Origin: Malacoraja senta
Taxonomy: Eukaryota
Length of the DNA: 64,000 nt
Reading direction: 5' to 3'
Assembly (NCBI GenBank): GCA_038087875.1
Contig: JAXLNO010000620.1
Coordinates: 124,001 to 188,000 of the forward strand
Shown one piece after another: positions 37,701 to 47,668 of this stretch. Both the position numbers and the translations under genes were made by a program. Position 1 is the stretch's first letter; every line of letters starts with the position of its first letter. Under the pieces are notes generated by a model. It was given only the letters and a program-made list of their open reading frames with translations, was not told the DNA's origin and did no database searches.

Positions 37701-40700
37701 TTGTAGGCATAAATACAGAACAGATCAGTGCGTCCATATCCACAACCAGTGGCCACAGTTTAAGAATAAGGGGTCGGCCATTTAGAATGAAGATGAGGAT
37801 AAACATTTTCACACAGAGAGTTGTGAATCTGTGGAATTCTCTGCCTCAGAAGGCAGTGGAGGCCAATTCTCTGGATGCTTTCAAAAGAGTTAGATAGAGC
37901 TCTTAAAGATAGCGGAGTCAGGGGAGAAGGCAGGAACGTGGTACTGATTGGGGATGATCAGCCATGATCACAGTGAATAGCGCCGCTGGCTCGAAGGGCC
38001 GAATGGCCCACTCCTGCACCTATTGTCTGTTGTATGTTGATATTGACGGTGATGTGGAGAGATAAAGAACAATGAATGAAAGATATGTAAAAAAGTAACG
38101 ATGATAAAGGAAACAGGCCATTGTTAGCTGTTTGTTGGGTGAAAACAAGAAGCTGGTGCGACTTGAGTGTGGGAGGGATAGAGAGAGAGGGAATGCCCGG
38201 GCGACCTGACGTGGGAAGAGTTACTCTGGGAGGCTTACCTGGTATTTTAATTATGCGCGGCACGGTGGCACAGCGGTCGAGTTTCTGCCTCACAGCGCCA
38301 GAGACCCGGGTTTGATCCTGACTACGGGTGCTGTCTGTACGGAGTTTGTGTGTTCTCCCTGTCACCATGGGCATAAATCCCGGCGGGGGACGGGGGCACA
38401 TCCCCTCCATGTTTTGAGAGGTGGGGGACAATCCCCCCCAAGTTTCGTAATCCGAATTTTGAAATTCGGTGAAAACAAAATCTATTAGAAATCTCCGTTC
38501 TGCGAGACAGTGGGGGTGGGACTGATGATCGAGGGCGCCGATTGGACAAGAGAGACGTCAGTCAGCAGGCAATGGGGGGGTGGGACATGATGATTCAGCG
38601 CGATGATTGGAGGAGGGAGATGTCGGTCAGAGGCAGAAGTGAGGGGGTGGGACTGAGGATAGAGCCCGGTGATTGGAGGAGGGATGTTGAAGCCCCCCGC
38701 CAGCCGGATCTAAGCCCCCGCCGGGCAATGAAAGGCCCCGCGAACGGGCCGATTCAAGCCCCACGATTCGGGGCGGACGAAGCTGCTGTTGCTGGAGTTC
38801 GGAGTCGATCACCAACCAGGTCAGCTCCCGATGTTACCGTCCACAGGACCCACGGCCGAAGCCTCTGAAGCCTTGCGTGTGTGTGTGAGCGTGTGTACGC
38901 GGCCACCAAGAAATTGTGTGCCCCCCACCCTCCCCCCCATGTTTTGACAGCGATTTCCGCCCCTGCCTGTGACCGCGTGGGTTTTCTTCAGGTGCTCCGA
39001 TTTCCTCCCACACTCCAAAGACGTACAGGTTTGTAGCTCGATTGGCTTCTGCAAATTGTAATGTGCAGGATCGAACTAGTGTATGAGGGGCTCGTTGGTC
39101 GGCATGGACTTGGTGGGTCGAAGGGCCTGTTTCCACACTGTGTCTCTAAACCATACTAAACACTGCCTGTTGTACCTGTGTATAGCTCGATTGTACTCCT
39201 CTGCAGTGTGATTTGACGGGATAGCTTTTACTGAATGTGATTGATTATTATATTGACAATAGACAATAGACAATAGGTGCAGGAGGAGGCCATTCGGCCC
39301 TTCGAGCCAGCACCGCCATTCAATGTGATCATGGCTGATCATCCACCATCAGTACCCCATTCCTGCCTTCTCCCCATATCCCCTGACTCCGCTATCTTAA
39401 AGAGCCCTATCTAGCTCTCTCTTGAAAGTATCCGGAGAACCGGCCTCCCCCGCCCTCTGAGGCAGAGAATTCCACAGACTCTCTGTGAGAAAAAGTGTTT
39501 CCTCGCCTCTGTTCTAAATGGCCGACCCCTTATTCTTAAACTGTGTGGGCCCTGGTTCTGGACTCCCCCAACATCGGGAACATGTTTCCTGCCTCTAGCG
39601 TGTCCAAACTCTTAATAATCTTATGTTTCAATACGATATCCTCTCATCCTTCTAAACTCCAGAGTGTACAAGCCAGCCGCTCCATTCTCTCAGCGTATGA
39701 CAGTCCCGCCAACCCAGGAATTAACCTTGTAAACCTACGCTGCACTCCCTCAATAGGTCGGAAGGAACTGCAGATGTTGGTTTAAACCGTAGACACAAAT
39801 AGCTGGAGTAACTCAGTGGGACAGGCAGCATCTCTGGAGTGAAGGGATGGGTGACGTTTCGGGTCGAGACCCTTCTTCAGACTTGTGTGACCCTTACCTC
39901 AAAATCATCAGTTGTGCACAAGACGTCGAACTCCAGACATTGTTGGATGCCTAGGCTGGATAAAACAGGGGGGGGGGGGATTAGCACAATGTCTACTGTG
40001 CTGCAAGGCACGATGTACATTGTAGAGAGAAGCACGATACCACAATAACACATTGAGGAGATGTACAGCGCGGAAACAGCCCCTTCGGCACGCCGAGTCC
40101 GTGCCAACCCACGATCCCCGTACGCCATCACTATCCGACAGTGAACCGATTAACCCTACAAGTCTGCACATCTTGCGATGGTGGGAAGAAACCGGAGCAC
40201 GCGGAGAAAACCCACGCAGGTCACGAGGGGAGGACGTGCAAACTCCGTACAGACAGCACCCGTGGTCAGGATCGAACCCGGGTCACTGGCGCGGTGAGGC
40301 AGCAACTCTACCGCTGTGTTATTCTGCCCTGTACCACGAGAGTGGTGATGCGGTGGCACAGCGGTAGAGTGTCGAACCGATGATCGGCCGTCAGAAGGAG
40401 GGGCGGTGGTGGTGGTGGTGTCAGAAGGTCGGACAGCTGGCCGGGCTGCCGACCGACCGACAGGGCCACGGGCGAGGCACTGCTGCTGCTGCACTCCATG
40501 GGCTGCACTACGTCGGGACGGGTTGAGGCGGGGGCCGGACGCGGCGCTCTGACCCGACAGTCCCCTCGACACGAGTAGCAGCGGTCAAATACGGGACAAG
40601 GGCGAAAGCAATTTAGCCCAATGTACGGGATGTCCCGGCTAATACGGGACAGTTGGCAACTCGAGCGGACCAGGGTGGGGAGGAACTGCAGATTGCGGGG

Positions 40701-40847
40701 GGTCGAGGATTGGGATGACCGTGGAGGGGGAGGGATACCTCACACATCGACAGACACAGACAGACAGACGGGCAGACGCTCCTACCTTCTCCCGCAATCG
40801 CCTCCGATGGCCAGCAGGGCGAGCAAGAGGAGAGTCGCAGGCACCAT
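13087..40847 (-). CDS. Secreted SOUL/heme-binding-protein-family precursor, copy A (15 coding exons, 308 aa predicted)
   Basis: Exons 40847-40786, 39955-39898, 37020-36903, 35401-35280, 34239-34088, 29045-28998, 28796-28764, 26870-26838, 24742-24710, 22616-22584, 20490-20458, 18363-18331, 16492-16430, 15646-15593 and 13138-13087. All junctions are AG/GT and phase-compatible, giving 927 nt with no internal stop. Kozak-like accATGG; signal peptide MVPATLLLLALLAIGGDC. SOUL motifs: CLEFDVLCTTDDFEVRRY..W, Y..G.N, LP.EVQNNPPTPTDPQVFIQRFPSMEVFVR, EIWFIV..C. Confidence 0.85.
13850..14440 (+). mobile_element. Rex1/Babar-type LINE 3' fragment with internal tandem duplication
   Basis: Reads MSPTTLTNFYRCAKESILSGCITARFGN. 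A ~80-bp segment (cagcccagaccatcaca..ccatctacacctcacg..aaggccagcagc) occurs three times at about 14045-14285. Confidence 0.8.
14804..15309. mobile_element. Non-autonomous hAT DNA transposon (MITE)
   Basis: Terminal inverted repeats TAGGGTTTCCAAC / GTTGGCAACCCTA with an exact 8-bp target duplication GTCTCGAC (14796-14803 and 15310-15317). Partial relatives at about 40376-40660 and 54482-54766. Confidence 0.88.
15593..15646 (-). CDS. SOUL copy A exon 14 (54 nt, phase 2-2): SGIDTRRRRSPGRGRLR
   Basis: Acceptor tccttccctgtctggcgctgtag, donor AG|gtgagt. Confidence 0.75.
15718..16165 (+). mobile_element. CR1 LINE 3' fragment
   Basis: Reads LTYDERLSALGLYSLEFRRIRGDLIE..FFRQRVVNLWNSLP. Confidence 0.9.
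16168..16297 (+). mobile_element. Penelope-like element GIY-YIG endonuclease C-terminal fragment
   Basis: EAKRKLEEQRFIFRLGRLHPSGMNMDFS is the typical PLE C-terminus. A second fragment, EQHLIFRLGSLHPSSTNVDISNFK, lies at about 46020-46130. Confidence 0.75.
16430..16492 (-). CDS. SOUL copy A exon 13 (63 nt, phase 2-2): DSDQDEEDRRRRSAAEELDF
   Basis: Acceptor ctaactctccctctgtctccccactcag, donor CAT|gtgagt. Confidence 0.78.
16630..16777 (+). mobile_element. Tx1-like non-LTR element ORF2 C-terminal fragment
   Basis: Reads LPVFRGYVRARVVLERDYALSTGALGDFRDRWAPRGVECIL. Related pieces at about 36660-36790 and 58370-58505. Confidence 0.6.
17053..27684. repeat. Tandem array of five near-identical ~2126-2128-bp units, each carrying one 33-nt coding micro-exon
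   Basis: Identical ORF sets recur at about 2126-bp spacing. Unit starts are about 17053, 19180, 21306, 23432 and 25560; the junction is ctctgcac-t-cgctgcattcg. Confidence 0.97.
18331..18363 (-). CDS. Repeat micro-exon (33 nt, phase 2-2): SAG(N/S)DASDAS+G; copies also at 20458-20490, 22584-22616, 24710-24742 and 26838-26870
   Basis: Acceptor ccctaattctttgtttccttccccgtctgggacag, donor GG|gtgagt. Length is a multiple of 3. Confidence 0.75.
28764..28796 (-). CDS. SOUL copy A exon 7 (33 nt): STSVDASDVL+G, an older paralog of the repeat micro-exon
   Basis: Same acceptor and donor context as the array exons. Conserved in copy B at 62473-62505. Confidence 0.75.
28998..29045 (-). CDS. SOUL copy A exon 6 (48 nt): GQRRHRELRVKRSSS
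   Basis: Acceptor ctaactctgtctctttccattcag, donor CAT|gtgagt. The frame and RVKR are kept in copy B (62224-62271). Confidence 0.78.
29406..33296 (-). mobile_element. 5'-truncated L1 (LINE-1) with APE endonuclease, RT and C-terminal region, A tail and 10-bp target duplication
   Basis: ORFs 32455..33294 (NIYAPN, GGDFN, SRIDY, SDHSP), 31617..32309 (KTPGPDG, YRAISLLN, DAEKAFD), 30174..31574 (RQGCALSP, YADD) and 29715..29951. Target duplication aaactctttc at 29396-29405 and 33297-33306; empty site in copy B at about 61861-61880. Confidence 0.96.
35791..36355. mobile_element. Palindromic non-autonomous DNA element, probably PIF/Harbinger type
   Basis: Inverted ends aaggccctgtcccacttagg / cctaagaaggacaggccctt. 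Relatives at about 45350-45687 (tta-flanked), 58806-59370 and within each array unit. Confidence 0.6.
38366..38965. mobile_element. Non-autonomous hAT-like element inserted into a V-SINE
   Basis: Ends CATGGGCATAAATC / GATTTCCGCCCCTG with an 8-bp duplication cctgtcac/cctgtgac. The mirror copy at 56183-56789 has a perfect gtcacagg duplication. Confidence 0.7.
39853..39880 (-). ncRNA. Minimal (Penelope-type) hammerhead ribozyme motif
   Basis: CUGAAGA-A-GGGUC-UC-GACCC-GAAAC-GUC: both conserved core boxes, a perfect stem II and a GUC cleavage triplet. Stem I is short or imperfect. Confidence 0.6.
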
Positions 40848-41064
40848 GGTCTCTCTGTGTGGACACAAAGACAGCCATTAGTCGGTGCCACTTACGGCCA
40901 CCACTGCCCTTCGGCCCACTGTATCCCTGCCAGCCCCCGCAGTGCCGCGGTTAAACATTGCGGGGGTCTCTGCCTCCACTGGCCCCTGGTGGAAAGGTGC
41001 TCCAGGGACAACCACGTCTGTGGAATTATCCCCCCCCCCCACCCCCCACCCCCCACCAGACCCC

Positions 41065-41480
41065 CTGACCAACAAACTCGTCGGGAAGGCCGGCTCCGTC
41101 CAGGGGGCGGAGTTGGAGTTGGATTCACGGGAGGTTGGTCTCGGAGGGGAGGATGCTCCTCAAACTGTGGAGCATCCTGGACAATACAGCTCACCCCCTC
41201 CATGACACATTGGTCAACCTGAGGGGCACCTTCAGCAACAGACTGGTTCCACCAAGATGCAGCACAGAACGCCACAGGAGATCCTTCTTCCCTGTGGCTA
41301 TCAAAGTGTACAACTCCTCCCCCTGCTGTCGTGGGGTCGACTGAGACTGACTCCCCTCACCCCAAATCTTTGCACATCCCCAATCCTTTCCACTCATCAC
41401 TTTAATTTCACATATCGTGTGTTTTTATGACTGATGGCAGATCAATTTCCCTCCTGGGATAAATAAAGTTCTATCGTATC
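41065..41480 (+). mobile_element. Rex1/Babar-type LINE 3' end (mirror copy about 53660-54080)
   Basis: Reads NKLVGKAGSV..RMLLKLWSILDNTAHPLHDTL..RCSTERHRRSFFPVAIKVYN, with tail gggataaataaagttctatcgtatc. Confidence 0.75.
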
Positions 41481-42134
41481 ATATTAATCACAACCACAAT
41501 AATACTTTATTAGCCAAGTATGTTTTTTAGCAACATACGGGGAATTTCATTTGCCAATAGACAATGGACAATAGGTGCAGGAGTAGGCCGTTCAGCGTTT
41601 CCAACCGCTATTCAATGTGATCATGGCTGATCATCCCCAATCAGTACCCCGTTCCTGCCTTCTCCCCATATCCCCTGACTCCGCTATCGCAAAGAGCTCT
41701 ATCTAACTCTCTCTTGAAAGCATCCAGAGAAGGCTGAGAGAGAACAAAAGTGAGAGAGAATGAGGGACAGAGAGAGAGTGAGAGAGAATGAGAGAGAGCG
41801 AAAGAGGAAGGGAGAGAGTGAAGGAATGAGAAAGGGGAGAGAGCAAGAGAGAGGGCAAGGGATGGGGATGAGCAGAGGGAAAGAATGAGGGTGAGAATGA
41901 GAGAAAGAATGGGAGAGGGGAGAGTGAAAGGAAAGAGAGCAAGACAGAGGGTGGGAGAGACGATATGAGTATCTGTCTGTGTGTCTGACTCCGTGTCCGT
42001 GTTCACAGGTTCACAAGTTATAGGAGGAGAATGAGGCCATTCGTTCCATCGAGTCTACTCCACCATTCAATCATGGCTGATCTATCTCTGCCTCCTAATC
42101 CCGTTCTCCTGCCGTCTCCCAGCAACCCCACAAC

Positions 42135-42708
42135 TGTTCACCGTTGACTCCGGCGACTGTGCAATCCTGCTCCTTCTTGACCTCAGCGCAGCATTGATAC
42201 TGTCGACCACACCATCCTAATTGACCGTCTCCGGTATGGGGTTGGTATTGATGGCACTGCCCTGAGCTGGTTCATCTCCTACCTCAAAGGTAGGAGTTTC
42301 TCGACTAACATAGGCAACTCTTTCTCCTCCCCAGCTAATCTCTGCTGTGGGGTTCCACAAGGTTCCATCCTTGGCCCCATTCTCTTCTCCCTGTATATGC
42401 TCCCCTTAGGCCAAGTCATTGAAAGGCACGGCATTTCCTTCCATTGTTACGCAGACGATACACAACTCTATCTCCCCCTGAAGCCCAAAAACCAATCAAA
42501 TCTGCTTAATCTTACCCACTGCCTCGAGGATATAAAGTGTTGGATGGCCCAGAACTTCCTCCAACTAAACGAGAGTAAGCCTGAGGTCATCCTTCTCGGC
42601 CCCTCGGACTCAATCAAAATGATAGCAGGCAGCCTTGGAAGCCTTACCCCACTACTCAAACCTCACGTCAAAAACCTTGGCGTGATATTTGACTCGGCAC
42701 TGACTTTG
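42135..42708 (+). mobile_element. L2-clade LINE RT fragment cut by the assembly gap (longer mirror copy about 51830-52998, minus)
   Basis: Reads LLLLDLSAA..DTVDH..GVPQGSILGPILFSLYMLPLG..HGISFHCYADDTQLYL. Confidence 0.88.
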
Positions 42709-42908
42709 NNNNNNNNNNNNNNNNNNNNNNNNNNNNNNNNNNNNNNNNNNNNNNNNNNNNNNNNNNNNNNNNNNNNNNNNNNNNNNNNNNNNNNNNNNNN
42801 NNNNNNNNNNNNNNNNNNNNNNNNNNNNNNNNNNNNNNNNNNNNNNNNNNNNNNNNNNNNNNNNNNNNNNNNNNNNNNNNNNNNNNNNNNNNNNNNNNNN
42901 NNNNNNNN
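42709..42908. other. Assembly gap (200 N)
   Basis: A run of exactly 200 N; the true size is unknown. Confidence 1.
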
Positions 42909-45900
42909 AAGGAATGGGCGACGTTTCGGGTCGAGACCCTTGTCCCGGACACATTCCCAACACCCAACGACACTCATTAAACTATGATGAAATATTTCAG
43001 AGATCTACCCTTTCAACATACAGCTGTAATTAAGTAATTCACTGCTAATAAGCCCATTAGAATTTTTAGGCAGGTATTGCATTGATAAATTCCAAAGATA
43101 ATTGTGCAAGAAAGACACATGTTACAAGCTGACAGAGATAATTGATGAAACTAATTGTCTGTTTCTGTATTGAGCCCATTAACACAGGAAGATATATGAG
43201 GCTATTTAGTTTAGTTTAGAGATACAGCGAGGAAACAGGCCCTTTTGGCCCACCGGGTCCGCGCCGACCAGCGACCAGCGATCCTATACCGACTAGGGAC
43301 AATTTTTTACATTTACCAATCCAATTAACCTACAAACCTGTATGTCTTTGGAGCATGGGAGAAAACCGAAGATCTCGGAGAAAACCCACACAGGTCATGG
43401 GGAGAACTTATACAAACTCCGTACGGACAGCACCCATAGTCGGGATGGAACCCGGGTGGGTCTCCGGCGCAGCATTCGATGTAAGGCAGCAACTCTACCG
43501 CTGCACCACCGCGACTGCCCAAAAAGGGAATGTTTGGAGGGATATGGGCCAAACGCAGGCAGGTGGGACCAGTGTAGATGGGGCATGTTGGTCAGTGTGG
43601 GCACGTTTGGCCGAAGGGCCTGTTCCCACACTGTCTGACTATGACTCTATCAGGACAGGCACTTGGTTCAGAGAGATATGGGTCAAATGCGGGCAAATTA
43701 GGGAAAGCCATTTAGAACGGAGACGAGGAAACACTTTTTCACACAGAGAGTGGTGAGTCTGTGGAATTCTCTGCCTCAGAGGGCGGTTCTCTGGATAGTT
43801 TCAAGAGGGAGCTAGATAGGGCTCTTAAAGATAGCGGAGTCAGAGGATATGGGGAGAAGGCAGGAACGGGGTACTGATTGAGGATGATCAGCCATGATCA
43901 CATTGAATGGCAGTGCTGGTTTGAAGGGCCGAATGGCCTATCTCCTGCACCTTTTGTCTGTTGTCTATTGTAAAGGCCCAGGAACATCCATGATGTTCCC
44001 CGTGATGAAATAGTCAACATCAGGTGAACGGAATGGGATTAGTGCACTGAAACTGAAGGGATTAACTGCATCATTTAACGCCTCTGCACTCCATTCCAGT
44101 GAAATTGTATAAGCGAGGGATGTAAATACTGTACACCTTGAGCAATACCATGGTGTGATGTCAAAATAACCTAATTAACCTGTTTAGTTTAGAGACAGTG
44201 GAGGCTAATTTTCTGAATGCTTTCAAGAGAGAGTTAGATCGAGCTCTTAAAGATAGGGGTTGTCAAAGGATATGGGGAGAAGGCAGGAACGGGGTACTGA
44301 TTATGGATGATCAGGCATGAACACAATGAATGGCGGTGCTGGCTCGAAGGGCCAAATGGCCTACTCCTGTACCTATTGTCTATTTTTCTGCATCTAGCCT
44401 ATCCAATCCTTTAAGAATTATACATGTTTCTTGGAGACACCCACTTATCCTTCTAAATACCATTGAATACAAGCCCAGTCGATCCATTCTTTCATCATAT
44501 GTCAATCCCGCCATCCCGGGAATTAACCTGGTGAACCTGCCTTGCACTCCCTCAATGGCAAGAATGTCCTTCCTCAAATTAGGAGACCAAAACTGCACAC
44601 AATACTCCAGGTGCGGTCTCAGCAGGGCCCTGTACAACTGTAAGGACCTCCTTACTCCGATACTCAAATCCTCTCGCTATGAAGGCCAACATGTGTATTT
44701 TAATGCCATCCTTTCCGAGGCTGGGCGACCAGAACTGCACAACATTCACCAAGTGGCGGTCACGGTGGCGCAGCGGTAGAGTTGCCACCTTACAGCGAAT
44801 GCAGCGCCGGGGTTCGATCCCGACTACGGGTGCTGTCTGTACGGAGTTTGTACATTCTCCCCGTGACCTGCGTGGGTTTCCTCCCACACTCCAAAGACGT
44901 ACAGGTTTGTAGGTTAATTGGCTTGGTAAATGAAAAAATTGCCCCCAAGTGGGTGTAGGATAGTGTTAATGTGCGGGGATCGCTGATCGGCACGGACCCG
45001 GTGGGCCGAAGGGCCTATTTCCACACTATATCTCTCAACACTAAACTAAACTAAACTAAACCACATGTGGTATCACAAAAGCCCTCTTCACAATTGCATT
45101 ATGTCTCCTGACCTCTTTATTCATTCCCTCTTGTAAATGAAGCCCAGAACACAATTGTCCCAAGCCCCAATTATTCCTGCCACCTACATGTTCCCCTTCA
45201 GTGACTTGCGTGCAGACAGACCCAGCTCTCTTTCAACATCAACAATTACCCAAATTCTTTCCATGCGCAAAGATATTCCTCTTTCTCCTTCCGTGTGGAT
45301 GTTGTGGGACTTTTCCAAACTGGACCATTTTGTTAGGGTTATGGGTTATGGGCCTGTCCCACTTACGCGACTTTTTCGGCGACTTCCGGCGCCCGTCATA
45401 GGTCGTTGCAGGTCGGCGAACATTTTCAACATGTTGAAAATTCAGCGGCGACCAGAAAGACGCTACGACTCTGGGCGACTGAGGAGACGACTCACGACCA
45501 TACAGGCGACACCCTGGCGACATGTCGCGTGGTGAAGCCTGTATGGTCGTGAGTAGTCGCCCAAAGGGTCGTACCTTGTTCTGGTCGCCGCTGGATTTTC
45601 AACATGTTGGAAATTTTCGGCGACCTGTATCGACCTATGATGGGTGCCGGCAGTCGCCAAAAAGGTCGCGTAAGTGGGACAGGCTCATTAGGTTATGATT
45701 TATCGGACAGTGGGACAAAATGCCCTCTGGTGCTCAGTAATCTCCCCCTGGAGATTCCTTCTCACTATTTACTGCCACTTTGGTCTGACCCATGGTCTCA
45801 TCACCCTTGTTCAAATCTATTCGCCTTTACACTTGCCCTTCCGTAGATTTGTAGGAATCAGTCAGGATCCATCCTAGGTTTGAGTTTATGCTAGATAAAG

Positions 45901-46261
45901 GCCATTGGGCTCTTCCGTCTGTAACGCTTCAATCCATATCCTCTCTGCCCTCTTCCGTCGCCCTGTTGACCAATTTATGTTTGTTTCTAGGCCCATGATC
46001 TCCAGGGACTGGGTTAGGGTTAGGGTTATTGTCAGATTGAGGCCCATTGCAAATTGGGGGAACAGCATCTCATATTTCGCTTGGGCAGCTTACACCCCAG
46101 CAGTACGAACGTTGACATCTCTAACTTCAAATCGCCCTTGCCTTCCTCTCTCTCCATCCATGTACATGTTCAAATGCCTTGTTATAGTATTTGCCTCAAC
46201 TACCTCATTTGTAGCTTGTTCCCACTACACTGTAAAAGTTGCCCCTCAGGTTCCCCCCGTG

Positions 46262-47255
46262 AGTATAGGAGTAAAGTGGATCGCAGCTATTTACAATATA
46301 CATTAATGACCTAGATGAAGGGATTCAAAGTAACATTAGTAAATTTGCAGATGACACAAAGCTGGGTGGCAGTGTGAACTGTGAAGATGATGCTATGAAG
46401 ATGCAGGGTGACTTGGACCGAGTGGGCAGATGCATGGCAGATGCAGTTTAATGTGGATTAATGTGAGGTTATCCACTTTGGTGTCTAAAACAGAAAGGCA
46501 GATTATTATCTAAATGGAGTTGGAAAAAGGGGAAGTACAACGGGATCTGGGGGTCCTTGTTCATCAGTCAATGAAGTAAGCATGCAGGTTCAGCAGGCAG
46601 TGAAGAAAGCAAATGGCATGTTGGCCTTCATAAGAAGAGGAGTTGAGTATAGGAGCAAAGAGGTCCTTCTGCAGTTGCACATGGCCCTGTGAGACCACAT
46701 GTGGAGTATTGTGTGCAGTTTTGGTCTCCTAATTTGAGGAAGGACATCTTTGCTATTGAGGCAAGTGCAGCGCAGGTTCACGAGGTTAATCCCCGGGATG
46801 GCGGGACTGTCATATGAGGAAAGATTGGAAAGAGTGGGCTTGTATTCACTGGAATTTAGAAGGATGAGAGGTGATCTTATAGAAACGTATAAAATTATAA
46901 AAAGGACTGGACAAGCTAGATGCAGGAAAGATGTTCCCAATGACAGGGGAGTCCAGAACCAGGGGCCACAGTCCAAGAGGAAAGGGGAGGCCATTTATAA
47001 CTGCGATGAGAAAAAAACAGTGAGTTGTGAATTTGTGAAATTCTCTGCCACAAAAGGCAGTAGAGGCCAATTCACTGGATGAATTTAAAAGAAAGTTAGA
47101 TAGAGCTCTAGTGGGTAGCGGAATCAAGGATATGGGGAGAAGGCAGGCACGGGTTACTGAATGTGGATGATCAGCCATGATCACAGTGAATGGTGGTGCT
47201 GGCTCGAAGGTCCAAATGGCCTCCCAATGCACCTATTTGTATGTTTCTATGTTTC
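46262..47255 (+). mobile_element. CR1 LINE 3' part (degenerate)
   Basis: Reads [58 protein letters not shown] and ends in a (tatgtttc) tail. Confidence 0.88.
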
Positions 47256-47668
47256 ACCTTAAACCTATGTCCTATGGTTCTTGATTCCCCTTCTCTGGAC
47301 AAGAGACTCTGTGCGTCTACCCGATCTATTCCTCTCATGATTTTGTACATCTCTATAAGATCACGCCTCATCCTCCTGCACTCCAAGGAATAAAGTCCTG
47401 GCATGCCCAACCTCTCCCTATGGCTCAGGCCCTCGAGTCCTGGCAACATCCTCGTAAACCTTCTCTGTACGCTTTCCAGCTTGACACATCTTTCCTTCCT
47501 ATTGATGGTCCTTGAGATATAAGAGGTGTGTATGTTGGTGAGGTCCCGACCCAAAACGTCACCTATCCATGTTCTCCACAGATGCTGCCTGACCCACTGA
47601 GTTACTCCAGCACTCTGTAAAACTCACCTATCCATGTTCTCCACAGATGCTGCCTAACCCGCTGAATT

